DNA of 63,708 nucleotides, counting the filler, from Collodictyon triciliatum (taxonomy: Eukaryota), in NCBI GenBank assembly GCA_043381765.1. It is 22 parts of 22 records of this genome, joined end to end, with 100 filler letters (N's around TTAATTAATTAA, not from the genome) between each part and the next. Parts side by side here need not be neighbours in the genome. Positions count along the whole stretch, not along the records: positions 22,504 to 25,274 come from JBHJMP010008335.1; positions 25,375 to 28,135 come from JBHJMP010008336.1; positions 28,236 to 30,995 come from JBHJMP010008337.1; positions 31,096 to 33,859 come from JBHJMP010008338.1; positions 33,960 to 36,719 come from JBHJMP010008339.1; positions 36,820 to 39,578 come from JBHJMP010008340.1; 16 more parts are not named here. One strand, given 5' to 3'. The notes under the pieces are model-generated. The model was not told where the DNA came from. It did no database searches and worked only from the letters and a program-made list of their open reading frames with translations. A program made the translations under genes and the position numbers. The stretch's first letter is position 1; the number at the start of each line of letters is the position of its first letter. This document shows positions 24,354 through 37,250 of the stretch, piece by piece.

Positions 24354-24470
24354 GGCTGTCGGGTCTTTCCTGGCAGCCTTCATCACTACACAATCTTTAT
24401 GAAAGAAGTGGTGAGACCTTGGAGACTAGCGCACTAAGTTTGCCAATCGAAAGATATTATTACGCCACGA
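24354..24470 (+). ncRNA. Candidate Fanzor omegaRNA scaffold
   Basis: Directly after RuvC-III: stem GGCTGTCGGG/CCTGGCAGCC (24354-24378, two G-U pairs) and stem TCATCACT/AGTGGTGA enclosing TCTTT/AAAGA (24380-24414); ends not defined. Confidence 0.5.
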
Positions 24471-24474
24471 ATTA

Positions 24475-24513
24475 TCGTATTATCACCTATATAATATAGA
24501 GGTGATAATACGA
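24475..24513. repeat. Perfect 14-bp inverted repeat, homolog of 3230-3270
   Basis: TCGTATTATCACCT-atataatatag-AGGTGATAATACGA. Confidence 0.9.
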
Positions 24514-24631
24514 CAGCTAGCCCCCAACCCTGCTATTTTACGCCTTTATATACACATATCCCTATCTATATATGGTTAATTCCACATTTGGCAGAGAATG
24601 TTTGAGAAGGTTCTGGAATATTCTGGTATGT

Positions 24632-25060
24632 TTATTCAGCGTGGAAGTCTCGCAGCAGCATCACAAGACGAATCATCAACATCTTGGTCATCTTATATAT
24701 CTCGCGCTTCTGGATTTGGGTTGCGTAAACCGGCACATTCAAAGCTCCCCAGACAGCAAGTCTAGTAGCGTCCACACAACCATCTACTATTGTTTGGGTA
24801 ACTTCATCGCCTGGGCCAGTGCCATTGAAATGCGCGTGAACCTTGATGACATCTTCAAATGTTGTCCTCCACACTGCTTTGCTTGTGCCATTCGACAATG
24901 TAAGTTTCTCATAGTCTTCCCATAAAATTGTGTAGCCAGCACTGTCACCCTTCTTGAACTCAATCTTGTAATCATTCGTGCCCGTATTGAATACAGTATC
25001 AAGAAATGTATAATCATCCCCATCAATAAAACGAATGTAAAAGTTTCTTGTTTGGGCCAT
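24632..25060 (-). CDS. Orphan protein of the PLV-like element, copy B (142 aa from MAQTRNF)
   Basis: Homologous to 3386-3775 and in the same position between the hairpin and the small CCGG ORF. Confidence 0.8.
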   Translation of the reverse strand: MAQTRNFYIRFIDGDDYTFLDTVFNTGTNDYKIEFKKGDSAGYTILWEDYEKLTLSNGTSKAVWRTTFEDVIKVHAHFNGTGPGDEVTQTIVDGCVDATRLAVWGALNVPVYATQIQKREIYKMTKMLMIRLVMLLRDFHAE

Positions 25061-25151
25061 TGTTATTACTTGACTGTCTAAGAATTTAATAGTTAGTAAT
25101 TGGCTAGCTAAGGTTTTGATATGTGGTATAACATTATACAACAAATCAATT

Positions 25152-25274
25152 TTATACCGACGGATGTAATAAATCCTTTTCGCTTTTAAATTCAACACTA
25201 CCCCCGCAACAACTTGACCGCTTCAAATGATCAACTGTATATTTCCACACGCGCTCTATCACAAGCACACAAGC
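25152..25274 (-). CDS. Small CCGG membrane protein, copy B (5' truncated)
   Basis: ACVLVIERVWKYTVDHLKRSSCCGGSVEFKSEKDLLHPSV*. Confidence 0.85.
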   Translation of the reverse strand, partial: ACVLVIERVWKYTVDHLKRSSCCGGSVEFKSEKDLLHPSV

Positions 25275-25379
25275 NNNNNNNNNNNNNNNNNNNNNNNNNN
25301 NNNNNNNNNNNNNNNNNNTTAATTAATTAANNNNNNNNNNNNNNNNNNNNNNNNNNNNNNNNNNNNNNNNNNNNAAGAA

Positions 25380-25449
<70 letters not shown>

Positions 25450-26784
25450 AAATATTGATTCAGTTTGGGGCCAGCAAAGCGAGAGATACTTTCGGTACTG
25501 TGCAAAACTAAAAAAGAAAAAAAAGAGGTACACATGCTCTTGAGACAGAGGAAGAAAGGATGTAGATGTAGTAACGAGGGGTAATTTTCTCTTTAACCTG
25601 GGGCGTGATGTGTGCCTCGAGTTTGAACAAGTATGATAGGGAGAGTAGAGAAGAGTTCTCCAGCGCGATATGAAAAGATGGGCCAGCAGGATGGAGGAGA
25701 GAAAATAAGTTGACCTAAGGGACATATTATGGATAACAATATGACTTCGAATGACATTAAATCATCGGAGTGGCAGCATTGGTCCAAAAGCTGTGTGCAG
25801 TATTTGTCACCACAGACAGGTTGGTCTCTCATGTGAATCTGAATCGTTTTTCTTCTCTTTTCTCTTCTCATTATATACCACTGAAGCTTCACCCTCGCGA
25901 CAATTCCACAGCCACCGGTTATGCTATGACTTTAAAAATGAAAAAGTATATAAACTTTTCGAATGAGCAGATGTCTCTTGTTCTAAAGCGCAGCAAATAT
26001 ACACCCGTGATTCAACCGCATTTGATTCGTGTTGTGGATAGAACCAATCGCTTCGCTTGTGGCTCGGGTTATCATCAAATTTTGCATTCTGTCATCGTAT
26101 AGTATTGCGATAATTATTTTTTTTTAGAAAATAAAATGTGGATAATGCGAAAGGTTCATTTTCCCGCTCAGTTAGATATTCGCAAGAAAAAAAAGATTCT
26201 TTGACAGGTGTCTATTCGTCGTCGATAGTATTTTTGAAGATAGATGACTTCAATTATAATATTCCGAGTCAAATTTGGTGTATAAAGTTATATAAAAGTG
26301 AAGCTTTTACAGAAATATTCCAGTAAAATTTGCTAAATCATCGAATAGGGCAAAAGTGCTTGTGGTCATTAAATGGGTTTTTTGTATTTCCCATAATGAA
26401 TTGACCATTAGGATTCCCAAAGTGAGGCTGCACGCGTCTTTCCCAAATATGTTGCAATCATACAATTCGCATCATTATCTATTTGTGGATATTAATGTGT
26501 TATTGTCGACTCAGTTGAGTCGAGGGTCGGCGTCAGGGAATCCTTGTTAAGAACGCGATGACAAAGAAAGGTGCATTAGGTCATATTGGCTGATATCAAG
26601 CGAGTAAAGTAACACAGGGAGTAGGTGGAGAGAATTTAGGGTGTGTCCGATACTTTGAGATTGGGCATGATTGTGTGTGATGAAAGGGAAAGTGCCTTCT
26701 AATTTATGGGTGGGTTTGTCAGGATGAACGGGACTTTACTAGGCGCCCAAAACCACAACGCCATGATGGCGGCCATTCATCAAG

Positions 26785-27212
26785 TCAAGCATTCATAGAG
26801 CCTTCGCCTTCAATGTCAGCGATGCGGAACAATTTCGATTGGTTAGTCACCAGTAAGGCGACTACTTGCGCGCTGAGACCGACCCCCAAAAGAACATATT
26901 CTGGAGTGTCCGATCGAGGTTTGAGAAGATTGGGGCCAAAGCATATGCCGAGGTTTGCTGCTGTCATTTTGGTAACCGCACTTTTCTCCATAATCGTGTG
27001 GAGAAGTCTGAGTAAAGCTTCCAGGGTAGCGTAGTGTCCTGGTGGCAAGTTACCGATGAGAAGCTGTGCTTTCTGTACTTGAGTTTCAGCAGAGTCGAGA
27101 GCTGTGGGGGATTTAGAAGTATAGTGATTTGGTCACTTTTGTGTCCTCATAAGGTATGATTTACAATTAAACTAAAGCTTCATGTTTGGTATTAAGTGCC
27201 AGTGTCAGGTGA

Positions 27213-27257
<45 letters not shown>

Positions 27258-27930
27258 AAGTAGGTTAGCACAGAATGCAAATCCCTTACTAGTTAATTGG
27301 ATAAATTCATCAAATAGATCAAATGTCAATAGAGGCTCTGGGAGTTGACGGAAATATATTTTGAGCAATCCTGCTACCACATGAGGGTCAGTGGTCGAGT
27401 CGAAATCCACTTGCTTCCCTACAGATGTTCAGCTTTAATACAAATACAGGAAATGTGATGAGCTGCTAAAAAAAAATTGGGCAAAGAATGGATAATTCGG
27501 GAATATAAGCGAAAGAAAGAGAAGTTGGTTTCTGTTCTAACAGCTGATATAATTCACTTATCGACCGACAAAATTTCCGTACCTTACTTTGAATCGAATA
27601 AAGAAGAAAAAAGTTTCCGTACCTTCATCGATGTCCTTTTGCCATTGGCCTAGTACGGTTGCCGACGGCGCTAGCCGAAAAATTCCTTCGGTCTCAGGAC
27701 CTACGTAAATGATAAACAAGAAAAGTTAACCACATTTTGCACGTAAGCTTCACGAAACATTAATTCTACAAGTTATTTCAATTAATAAATAAAATAAAAT
27801 AACGAATAATATCGCATTGAAAGCCCCTTGCCATATTCTTCTAGGAACTTTAGGCATTTTTGAACAAATAATGGGACAGTGAAATGTTCTCCGACAGTAT
27901 ATGAAATAGGGATTCCAAAAACTCCTATGT
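26785..27930 (-). CDS. RhoGAP-domain protein, 3' exons
   Basis: VFGIPI..VPLFVQKCLKFL, EGIFRL, DPHVVAGLLKIYFRQLPEPLL, KMTAANLGICFGPNLL. Confidence 0.9.
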
Positions 27931-28934
27931 TAGTTTGAATTGTATCAGAAAAATTATATCAATAGGATGTAACGGTAGGGAGTAGAGCATCATAATCCTG
28001 GTAAATATCTACTTAAGTTTTTTTTTGTTTTTAAGCTGTTTGTTTGTTTGTTTGTTTGTTTGTTTGTTTGTTTGTTTGTTTGTTTGTTTGTTTGTTTGTT
28101 TGTTTGTTTGTTTGTTTGTTTGTTTGTTTGTTTGTNNNNNNNNNNNNNNNNNNNNNNNNNNNNNNNNNNNNNNNNNNNNTTAATTAATTAANNNNNNNNN
28201 NNNNNNNNNNNNNNNNNNNNNNNNNNNNNNNNNNNCATCCATACCCTGCATTGAGGTTTCCTGCTGGGCGGCAATTATATTTGCGATGGTCTGAAGTCGA
28301 GTGATTGCTCGGTGGGACTCAATTGTTTTCAAGTGTTGGTCACCGAGAATACTTAGTCTGATGGCGTGGGCTTTTTTATGGCACTCAATCGCCTCAGAGT
28401 ATCTGTTGGGTTCGATATATTAGTTTACATATTAAAACCCCCCTTTGGTTCTGAATAAATCAGTGCTCTAAATTATTTATTGGGATTGTTTTGCTATTTT
28501 GGTATAGATGTCGTGTATATATTTTTATATTGGGTTCCACAAAATATGCTCATGTGTTTTAATTACCTTGTCACAAAACGAGAAAAGAAATAAGAAAAGA
28601 GAGGTGTCCATAAGACAATAAAGACACAGGCTTCCTCAGATTTTTGTTTGTTTATGATTTCTCTTTGCCTGGGTGGATGCTTGACGAAATGTGTTGATTA
28701 ACAGAGACACAGATGGGATGTAGGAGATGGGTTGCAGAGAAGGAAAGGAGAGAGAAAATAAAGATAGAGAAAGGAGGGAGCTGGAAGAGGAATGTGGTGA
28801 AAAGAAGAAAGAGTTTATGCACTATTGCCATTCTTACAGCTGGGTGAACGGCAAAGAAGGGAGACTTTGTATGTATATGATTTAACTGACTCTCTTTGTG
28901 GAGCAAAAGTGCGTCCGTGTGAGACACATAAGAG

Positions 28935-29974
28935 TTATTCCTTCTTGCTGACCCAACCGCATGATGGGCATCTATCCTCACCAGCGCATGTCAGAAACAC
29001 AAGGCCGATGGGGAAAAGCAGGACGCATCCGACATAACCCCACAGTGGAATCTTTCCTTTCTCCACAATCCCGTCGCATCTTACACAAACCTGCACACCC
29101 GAAGCCTTTGTGCCTTGGTGTTGTTGCTGGTTCTGTGAATTGATGCAAACATCTTCATCTGCGTGCATAGTCAGGACCGCTGATGTAGTGTTTTTGGGCC
29201 CAAGGACGGGTGTGTTCTGGGTGGAGAAGAACGATGCCAGCGAGTTGGGCTGCGTCGAATGCAGAGCTGCAGCTGATGTTGTTGTCGTTGCCGCACCCGG
29301 CGAGTTGTGGGACAGGCCTTGGCTGGTGCTGGTGTATCTGGAGCCATGCAGGCTGCTCAGCGGAGGGCTTTGAGGGATTGCTTGAGATGGGCTGAACGGG
29401 TTGCGGGCGTGTCTGTGGGTGGTAGAGACGGTCGCCTGCGTTGTTGTGGAATGCGCTACGCTGATGTAGCTCGTGGTGGAGAGTGTAGTGTGTGTAGGAC
29501 TGGAGCCGAGGCGCTGATAGGCTCCGACCACTCCCGGGCTATCGATCCCAAAGCCGGCTGACGGACACGCTGGTCCGCAAGAGTCGCATGTCTGGCACTG
29601 AGACTCTGATGTGTTTCGGCCCTGAGCAGTGGGTATCGAGGGCGGTTGGAAAAGGTTGGTGAGCATAGGTCTATGTGAAGTTATGTGAAGTTATGTGAAG
29701 TTATGTGAAGTTATGTGAAGTTATGTGAAGTTATGTGAAGTTATGTGAAGTTATGTGAAGTTAAAGTAGGGCAGACTGTTGTGTAGTATAGGGTCTTGGA
29801 TGCCTCTACGCTGACTCCGACTGTCCCTGGCTCAAAGAGTTTGTAGTAGCGGTAGGAAGGAGGCTGTTGTCCTCCTGTGGAGGCGAAAGCTTCATATGCA
29901 GTCTCGTCGTTCTGCTGCTCCGAAGCCATCGACCAGTCGTCTGCATCCACAGAGGTGCGCTCTGGATTCATCAT
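28935..29974 (-). CDS. BRI3/LITAF-like membrane-associated Zn-binding protein
   Basis: S/T/P-rich region, then CVRC..GYVGCVLLFPIGLVF..RCPSCG; probable intron with (TATGTGAAGT)n at about 29672-29762. Confidence 0.65.
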
Positions 29975-32727
29975 GCGTCTGCCCGTGTTGGCCTGTTCTT
30001 TGCTCTGCGCGGTTTAGAGGTATGTCGAGCAAGCGTATAAAGTATGAGGCCGGCATGGATTGGCACCGGTTGGGTTGGAGTTGATTTGCGCGCTGCTAGG
30101 TTTGATCCCACTATGATCTCCCAACAAGCCCGATCACACGGAGGGTTGTGTGAGCTCGGCGAAGAACAGTCACAGAAACGAAAAAGTGGTTTTTGGCCTC
30201 GATCTGTTCAACTCCCTGACAACAAGAGAAGGAGGCGATAGGTGTCATGTTTTTATGGGGAATACGGAAACAGACTCTCTGGATAACTCATTTGGTCTGT
30301 TATATTTATTGAGATCCTGTCCGAGCGAGAGTAGATGGCTAAGCGGCGCTTTTAGGCCTTTCCCTTGTGTGTGTGGGAGTCGAGGACAACCTGGTGTTGC
30401 AAAAGAAAAGGATTGCGGTGAGTCTTTCCTCCTTGTTAGTTGGCTTGCATGCGTGTTAAGCTTGTTGCAAACACATACCTCCTCTATTTCGGGCTGGGTG
30501 ATAAGGAAGTCCTTCACAAGCATGGCCTTGGAGCCTTCGTTGACGTTGAGGATAGCGGTGAGGTCGTCGATGGGCGCGCCAAAGGACTCGATGCCGTTTG
30601 TGAGAAGCATCGACTTCCACTGTGCAACGAGCTCGTCAAAGCGTGTGCGTCGAATCCCGAGCTCCTTCTTCACCTTGGCAAACTATAAAAATGTGCTTAT
30701 GGTGTGAGGAAAATACAAGAAAGGTAAAAAGCATATACCAGAAGACAGAAAAGGGGAGAAAAGGGGAGAAAAGGAGAATTATGAAGATAGACGATACAAG
30801 AGTGTGATTAGGTATGTGTGCGTGTATGTGATTCCTGGTTTGAAGGAAAGTGGCAGTATTGATAATGATAGTGATGATGATAGTGATAATGATAGTGATA
30901 ATGATAGTGATAATGATAGTGATAATGATAGTGATAATGATAGTGATAATGATAGTGATAATGATAGTGATAATGATAGTGATAATGATAGTGATNNNNN
31001 NNNNNNNNNNNNNNNNNNNNNNNNNNNNNNNNNNNNNNNTTAATTAATTAANNNNNNNNNNNNNNNNNNNNNNNNNNNNNNNNNNNNNNNNNNNNGTTCT
31101 TTGATACCACCATTTCTTGATATCGGTCTTCATGAGATTGATCATGAAACCTAGTTAATATATCTAATTGTAACATTTTCCTTTATATATATAAATAATC
31201 GAATGTAATCTAAAAAAAATAATTGGGTGCATTGGATGAAAAATGGAAAAAATTAAGACGATGAAATCATACGAAAGGCTGTATGGATGCATGCGTAAAG
31301 CGTTTTTTATGCGACTAGGACCGTCATCCCATATTCCCAACAACCGATCTCGCACCAGGGAATACTCGAGCAGCGGATTACCAGAATCATTTGATAAGCT
31401 TGGCGAGTGACCGTAATCTTTGACAGAATCTCCATCTGAACGGGAATCCGGCCTTGCAACCCTTACGCTAGAGGAATAATTGGTTGCATTTGAATATGAG
31501 TTTTCAAGGTATCGCTCTCCTCCGGTACGGTCAACGGCCTTTTCGACGCTCATCCGATATACACCATCCTGGGCAACTGCCTTTGCAAATGGTACCTGTG
31601 ATCGACTGCCGTGTCTAGTCTTTAGTTTCTTTCTGCTTGATGTAGCTGCTGAAAGGCTAGAGTTGTCATGATGATTGACTCCGCGGCTGAGCTGGAACCC
31701 CTCCCTGTTTTGTTTGTCATTTTTTGAACGGCCTTTGTTTCCGTGTGTGTCAGAGTTACTTGGGTCAAAGATTGGCTCCTCCATCTTCAGGTTTGGATAT
31801 ACTCTTTTTGTCCTGACCTTTATGTTCCTCTTGAACGATGTTTTATCTATAACAGGATTTTATTATTATTTTTTTATTTTTTGCTATGTTTTTTGTTTTG
31901 TTCTTTTTTTTTAGCTTTGGTTTTTTGTTTTTTGCTTTGATTTTGACTTTTATTGGTTTTTTTTATGATTTTTGATTTTGATTTTGAGTTTCCTGTGGGA
32001 TAGGTGGGATTCTCGAGCCACGAACATCGGGCAACTTCGAAGGAACAAAGAGGCGTTAGAAAGTGAACCATACGCCAAATGAGGTTTCATACCATATCTG
32101 TTACAAGAGCCCGCATGATTTGGTAGACTGGATGATATATTTCAAAAGAAAGAAAAGGAGGTTTGTGAGACAACTAAAGCGCCAAATGATGTGCTGGAGC
32201 GTGGGTTCAAGGTGGCTGGGAGGCGCCGGAGTCAGCCGTGGGTGCAATTGTCGATTTTCTTTGATGCACTGTTTTACCCCCACTTCGTCTTGCTTTTTCT
32301 ATTCAGTTGTTTGTTTGTTTTTTTCTATTCTTTCTACTATCATTCCTCTCGCTTGTCCCTTGGGCACGGTCTCGTTCAGCCTTGTTTTTACCTGAAAATG
32401 TGGATTGACTTGATCGCTGAACATCCGCGCGTTGGTTGTGAGGGAGTGCGAAATCCCCTGCACACTCCAGAAACAGCGGGCGGGACAGCGGAAAGACCAC
32501 GATTGGGAAATGTTGGCAGGTGCTTTCCACATTTGTACAATGCGATTGTTGCCTATACAGTACCAACGGCTATATCCAAAATATTGACATTCCGCCCGCT
32601 GCTCCAGTCCAAATTTGGATAATCTAATGCGGAAATTATTGTGTGAAGCAATAGCACATATATTATTATCTTAATTGCATCCTTTATTACTTTTCTAAGT
32701 ACATATTATTATTAGAAAACATTAAAA

Positions 32728-33650
32728 TTCACAGACCACATCCAGTTTGTGGGCTGTATTTATCCCAAGCCCTGCTGTGAGTGGTACATAAACCAGTCGA
32801 TCCACCTGCCCTTAGGCAAACATTGTGAATCAAACGAACTACACCAGTACCGACGCGCATGAATCCAACCCCTGGGCGAACCCAACTGAAAGGTAAGACC
32901 CTACCGCACGAACGAATCACCGCCGCAGTCGCCTTCCTCTCACTGCACGCACACACTTACACACAAATCGTCGACGATGAGCAAGAGCTATGCACCACAC
33001 TTAGACAATAGTGCTGAAATGCAGCTAAACCCAATATTTCTGAGACAAATCCTATACGCAACCACCGTCTTCCTCCCAGGCCTTCTCCCATTCCACAGCT
33101 CCTGTAACAGACAACCTCATTCACACAGCCTCGTCTCCTCCGCCTGAATGTCCACATGCGCCTATGGCATCTGGTACCCTTTGCGCCTGCCGTTCACCAC
33201 CGCGCCCGAACAATAAATCCACACCCACCTATGAAATAGAAGTGTTCTGACCTGTGAGTGAATGCACGGCGCTGGGAGAGGACTGAGCGAGGAGCCATTT
33301 GAGAGACCAATCCACTATATTCCACCACAACCCAAACCCTAACATACCCTCATTTGTCTCTGTCCAACGCATCCTCCAAGAACGATGACGCAGCCGGAGC
33401 ACGGCCTTTTCTGGATACTGGTGACTAAACTTCGCGGAAAACCAGCACAACGAGACAATAATTTTTCCACAACAGGATATCCAGTTGGGAACATTCAGAG
33501 ATTTCGTCCACTCTTGCACAAACCGAAGGAAAGGTTGGGATTCCGTTACACTACCACAGACCCAGGTTCAGCCGTGACGCGGAGCCATCCTGAACCCAAC
33601 AGAAAAATCCAACGCACCAGACACATCCAAATTCGCCCGGCGGCAGGATG
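32728..33650 (+). mobile_element. Degenerate LINE ORF2 fragment (linker to start of RT)
   Basis: Stop-riddled frames give QIVDDEQELCTTL and IQLGTFRDFVHS..KGWDSVT..GAILNPTEKSNAPDTSKF, resembling RT subdomains 0-1; same C/A-rich composition as the other LINE pieces. Confidence 0.45.
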
Positions 33651-34527
33651 AAGGTTCATACGCGGCTGCTCGGCCGTTTCATGCATTTCGATTTTTGATA
33701 ATTCGGTCTGGCGCGTATATATGTGTGTGGGATATGGCCTCGCTTTAAAATTAAAGAACAAAGCAGCAATGATTCACGGCTGCAGCATCGGGTGTGTGGT
33801 CGTGTGGATCAGTGCCTATGTACCCTTTTTTTTTTTTTTATTCTAAAGATTTTAATTGTNNNNNNNNNNNNNNNNNNNNNNNNNNNNNNNNNNNNNNNNN
33901 NNNTTAATTAATTAANNNNNNNNNNNNNNNNNNNNNNNNNNNNNNNNNNNNNNNNNNNNTCTTTTTCTTCTTCTTTTTCTTCTTCTTTTTCTTCTTCTTT
34001 TTCTTCTTCTTTTTCTTCTTTTTCTTTTTTATACAGCACCTTTCCTTCTCACCTCTCCTTCTCTGCCCACACAACCAACCGCTGACCAAGAATCATCGAC
34101 AGAGTATCCGTCTTGTTCGCGCCAGCCTCGACTCTCAGGCCGACTAGGGCAGCGCAAACACCAGAGCCGCGAGGCAGTCGCACAACAACGACAGATTAAA
34201 GGCCATCGCTTAGTGCAGAGTCCCGAAGTGTGGTACGAAGCAAGTTGTAGGTCTGGTTTTATTTCGGAGGAATTCATTCTCTCTCTCATTCTCTCTCCAT
34301 TCTTGCGTGCTTCGGAAGGGTCCAACAAGACGAGACAGACAATATTTGCCTGCGTGGCATGGGATGCAAGCTGCATTAAAAGGAAATAGAAGAGGCAAGA
34401 AAAAAAAGAGACGAAGACGGGAGAATGCTGCTTCGAATTGAACCAGCCAGCTTGGTGGGCACCATGTGTTGTAGGGAAAGGAAAGGGGAGAAGTGACACA
34501 CAAACAGAGGCAGCCAGGCCGATAGAT

Positions 34528-35437
34528 TTACTTGAGCTTCGACCATACAGACTGGGATGCAATGAGCGCAGAAAGCAGACCGCAGAAGCCGACCCAACCA
34601 ATGGACACAAACTTGAGTTCAAAGTAGTTTGTGACTTGGACGTTCAGGTCTGCAAAGTTTTTGAGGGTGGTCATGCGGTACTCTTGAACCTTCTCTGTGA
34701 AGGCGGCCTTGGCCTTCTGGCGGACTTCGGGCTCGGAGACGCGGGCGGTCTGGGCATACTTTTGGCGCTCTTGAAGGATTTTGTAGGTATCAAGCAGGAT
34801 TGAGACAATGAGCCCCGTCATGAAGCAAAGCTGTGTCCGCTTCGTGGCTGCCTTCAGGTCTGTCTGCAGAAACTTATACTTGGCCAGGTACGAGACATGG
34901 TCGCATAGGTAGTAGAGTCCATACAGGATACCGCGCACGTCGGTTAGAAGGGACAGGATGCTAAAAGAGTGTGAAGAAACTCGGAACTTTTGTATTTCTT
35001 GGAGAGTCTTGAGAAGGCGCATAAACTTACGAGACTCTGTAGCAGACTTGTCGAGGCTGTGGTTGTTGACATGCTTAGTGAATAATTGTGCAAATTTTGT
35101 TCGATTGTTTCATTTTATTTTTGGTTTCATTTTCTGTTCTCATTTTTATTTTTTATTTTTTATTTATTGACCTTCAAAGTTACGTAAAGACGGATCTATT
35201 CCACTCTTTACAGATTGTGTCGGACACTATCACACTGCGATACGTATACATAAACAGTGATAAAAATGTATATTCTTACTTGAGCCACTTTGCGTACTCC
35301 GCACTCTTAGGATCAGCTAGATATATCCATTGGCCGATTTTTCCACCGTACTGGCACATCTTCATGATCTTGTCTCGGCCTTCGCAGCCTTCCATAAACT
35401 TGTTAATGGAGACTATAAGGTCTTTGGATCCAGACAT
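34528..35437 (-). CDS. PEX11: Peroxisomal membrane protein PEX11
   Basis: EGRDKIMKMCQY, SRKFMRLLK, YYLCDHV, LKNFADL, VGFCGLLSALI; two exons. Confidence 0.88.
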
Positions 35438-36819
35438 TGCAGTGTTCTGTGGGACTGAGGGGCAGTTTCTAACTAGAAAGGCAGTAAATAGGAGTAAGTC
35501 AACAGAAAGGGAGTGCTGGCAACCAGGTTGTCTTTTCATATTGCATGATATTACAAGAGAATCACAGGAAATGAGAAGAGACTATCGAAGAAAGCCATGA
35601 GCTGCTTTGGAAGAGATGAGAAGAGAACTGCATGAATGAAGGTGACCCAGGGAACACAGGTTTGCTGGGTCTTTTTTATGAAAATATAAATCTATGTGAA
35701 GACTCCAGATCGATCAAAACAACCAATTCATCCTCTTTTAGCGCGCTCTCAGCGGAAACATACCCCACAAGTTACTTTCTTATTTTGTTTTTTATTATTT
35801 TATTGGGTTTTTTGTTATATTTATTTGGGGGTTTTGCTATATTTATTGGTGTTTTTTGGTGTTTTTGGTGTTTTTGNNNNNNNNNNNNNNNNNNNNNNNN
35901 NNNNNNNNNNNNNNNNNNNNNNNNNNNNNNNNNNNNNNNNNNNNNNNNNNNNNNNNNNNNNNNNNNNNNNNNNNNNNNNNNNNNNNNNNNNNNNNNNNNN
36001 NNNNNNNNNNNNNNNNNNNNNNNNNNNNNNNNNNNNNNNNNNNNNNNNNNNNNNNNNNNNNNNNNNNNNNNNNNNNNNNNNNNNNNNNNNNNNNNNNNNN
36101 NNNNNNNNNNNNNNNNNNNNNNNNNNNNNNNNNNNNNNNNNNNNNNNNNNNNNNNNNNNNNNNNNNNNNNNNNNNNNNNNNNNNNNNNNNNNNNNNNNNN
36201 NNNNNTTTTTTTTTTTATTTTTTTATTGATTCTTTCACGATGTACCCTCGTCAGTGGCTAAGCAATTGTGCCTAAGGTACACTTAGAGGAGTAGTTAGCA
36301 GAGTCTGCAGGTGTGTTTCTGCAAGACCCAAGTAAGACGCGAATGCTTCACTGATTCTTGATTAGAGGTAGGTGGCTGGCGACAGAAGACTTCCATACGT
36401 GATTACAGGAGATTGGCTGCAGAAGGTGACAAGGATTGAAGAGAACAGAAAACAAGAGATAGTATTTGAGTATCTTGTCGTCCTTGTATCGCTATAGGAA
36501 CCGCCACTCACAATTCTCAGCCTTCGAATTCATGAAATCGTAAGAGTATCCCACACAGGCCCAATTACCAAGTCTTTTTTAGATCTATGATTGTTTTTTT
36601 TTATTCTCTTTTTTTTATTCTCTTTTTTTTATTCTCTTTTTTTTATTCTCTTTTTTTTATTCTCTTTTTTATTCTCTTTTTTTTTATTCTCTTTTTTTTT
36701 ATTCTCTTTTTTTTTATTCNNNNNNNNNNNNNNNNNNNNNNNNNNNNNNNNNNNNNNNNNNNNTTAATTAATTAANNNNNNNNNNNNNNNNNNNNNNNNN
36801 NNNNNNNNNNNNNNNNNNN

Positions 36820-37250
36820 ATATTTGGGCCTCTGCAACAGCTGCGTCCAGATGCAAAAACATTCTGGGCAGTGACGCGAGGCCATTTGCTATGGACTATG
36901 TGGATAGTGCGCATATACTCACGCAAAGCAAGGTACAACAACCAGCCACCCATTCCTGATAACAGACTGGATGAAATCATACGAACCCTTTCCTCAACAA
37001 CTTTCTTCGCCACCAGCACGTTCTCTACTACTCCGACTCCGTGAGAAGAGACATATGGAAAGAAGCCGAGAAAGATATTAAACCTCACTTTGTATCTCTC
37101 ATGCAAGCACAAGACCCAGGCTACAGACCAAACCGCAGGATGCAATTGCTGATTACCGACTACTTCACCGCCACCCAGCCACCAAGTAGCGTTCATGCAA
37201 ACGATGGCCAGCGAACCAAAGCCAACATCTCTATCATCCTGCACAAATAA
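36820..37250 (+). mobile_element. LINE ORF2 C-terminus / 3' end fragment
   Basis: FWAVTRGHLLWTMWIVR (post-zf-RVT WxxWxxR-like motif), frameshifted; its last 32 nt match the TSD-flanked insert at 22576-22652. Confidence 0.55.

Noticed and set aside
24475-24520. Helitron 3' end (hairpin followed by CTAG) carrying the Fanzor
   Set aside because: Copy A has GTAG, not CTRR. The hairpin travels with the viral ORFs on its right rather than with Fanzor, and no RepHel is seen. Not fully excluded.
31164-32620. Probable minus-strand exons
   Set aside because: Could not assemble a reliable gene model or recognise a domain.
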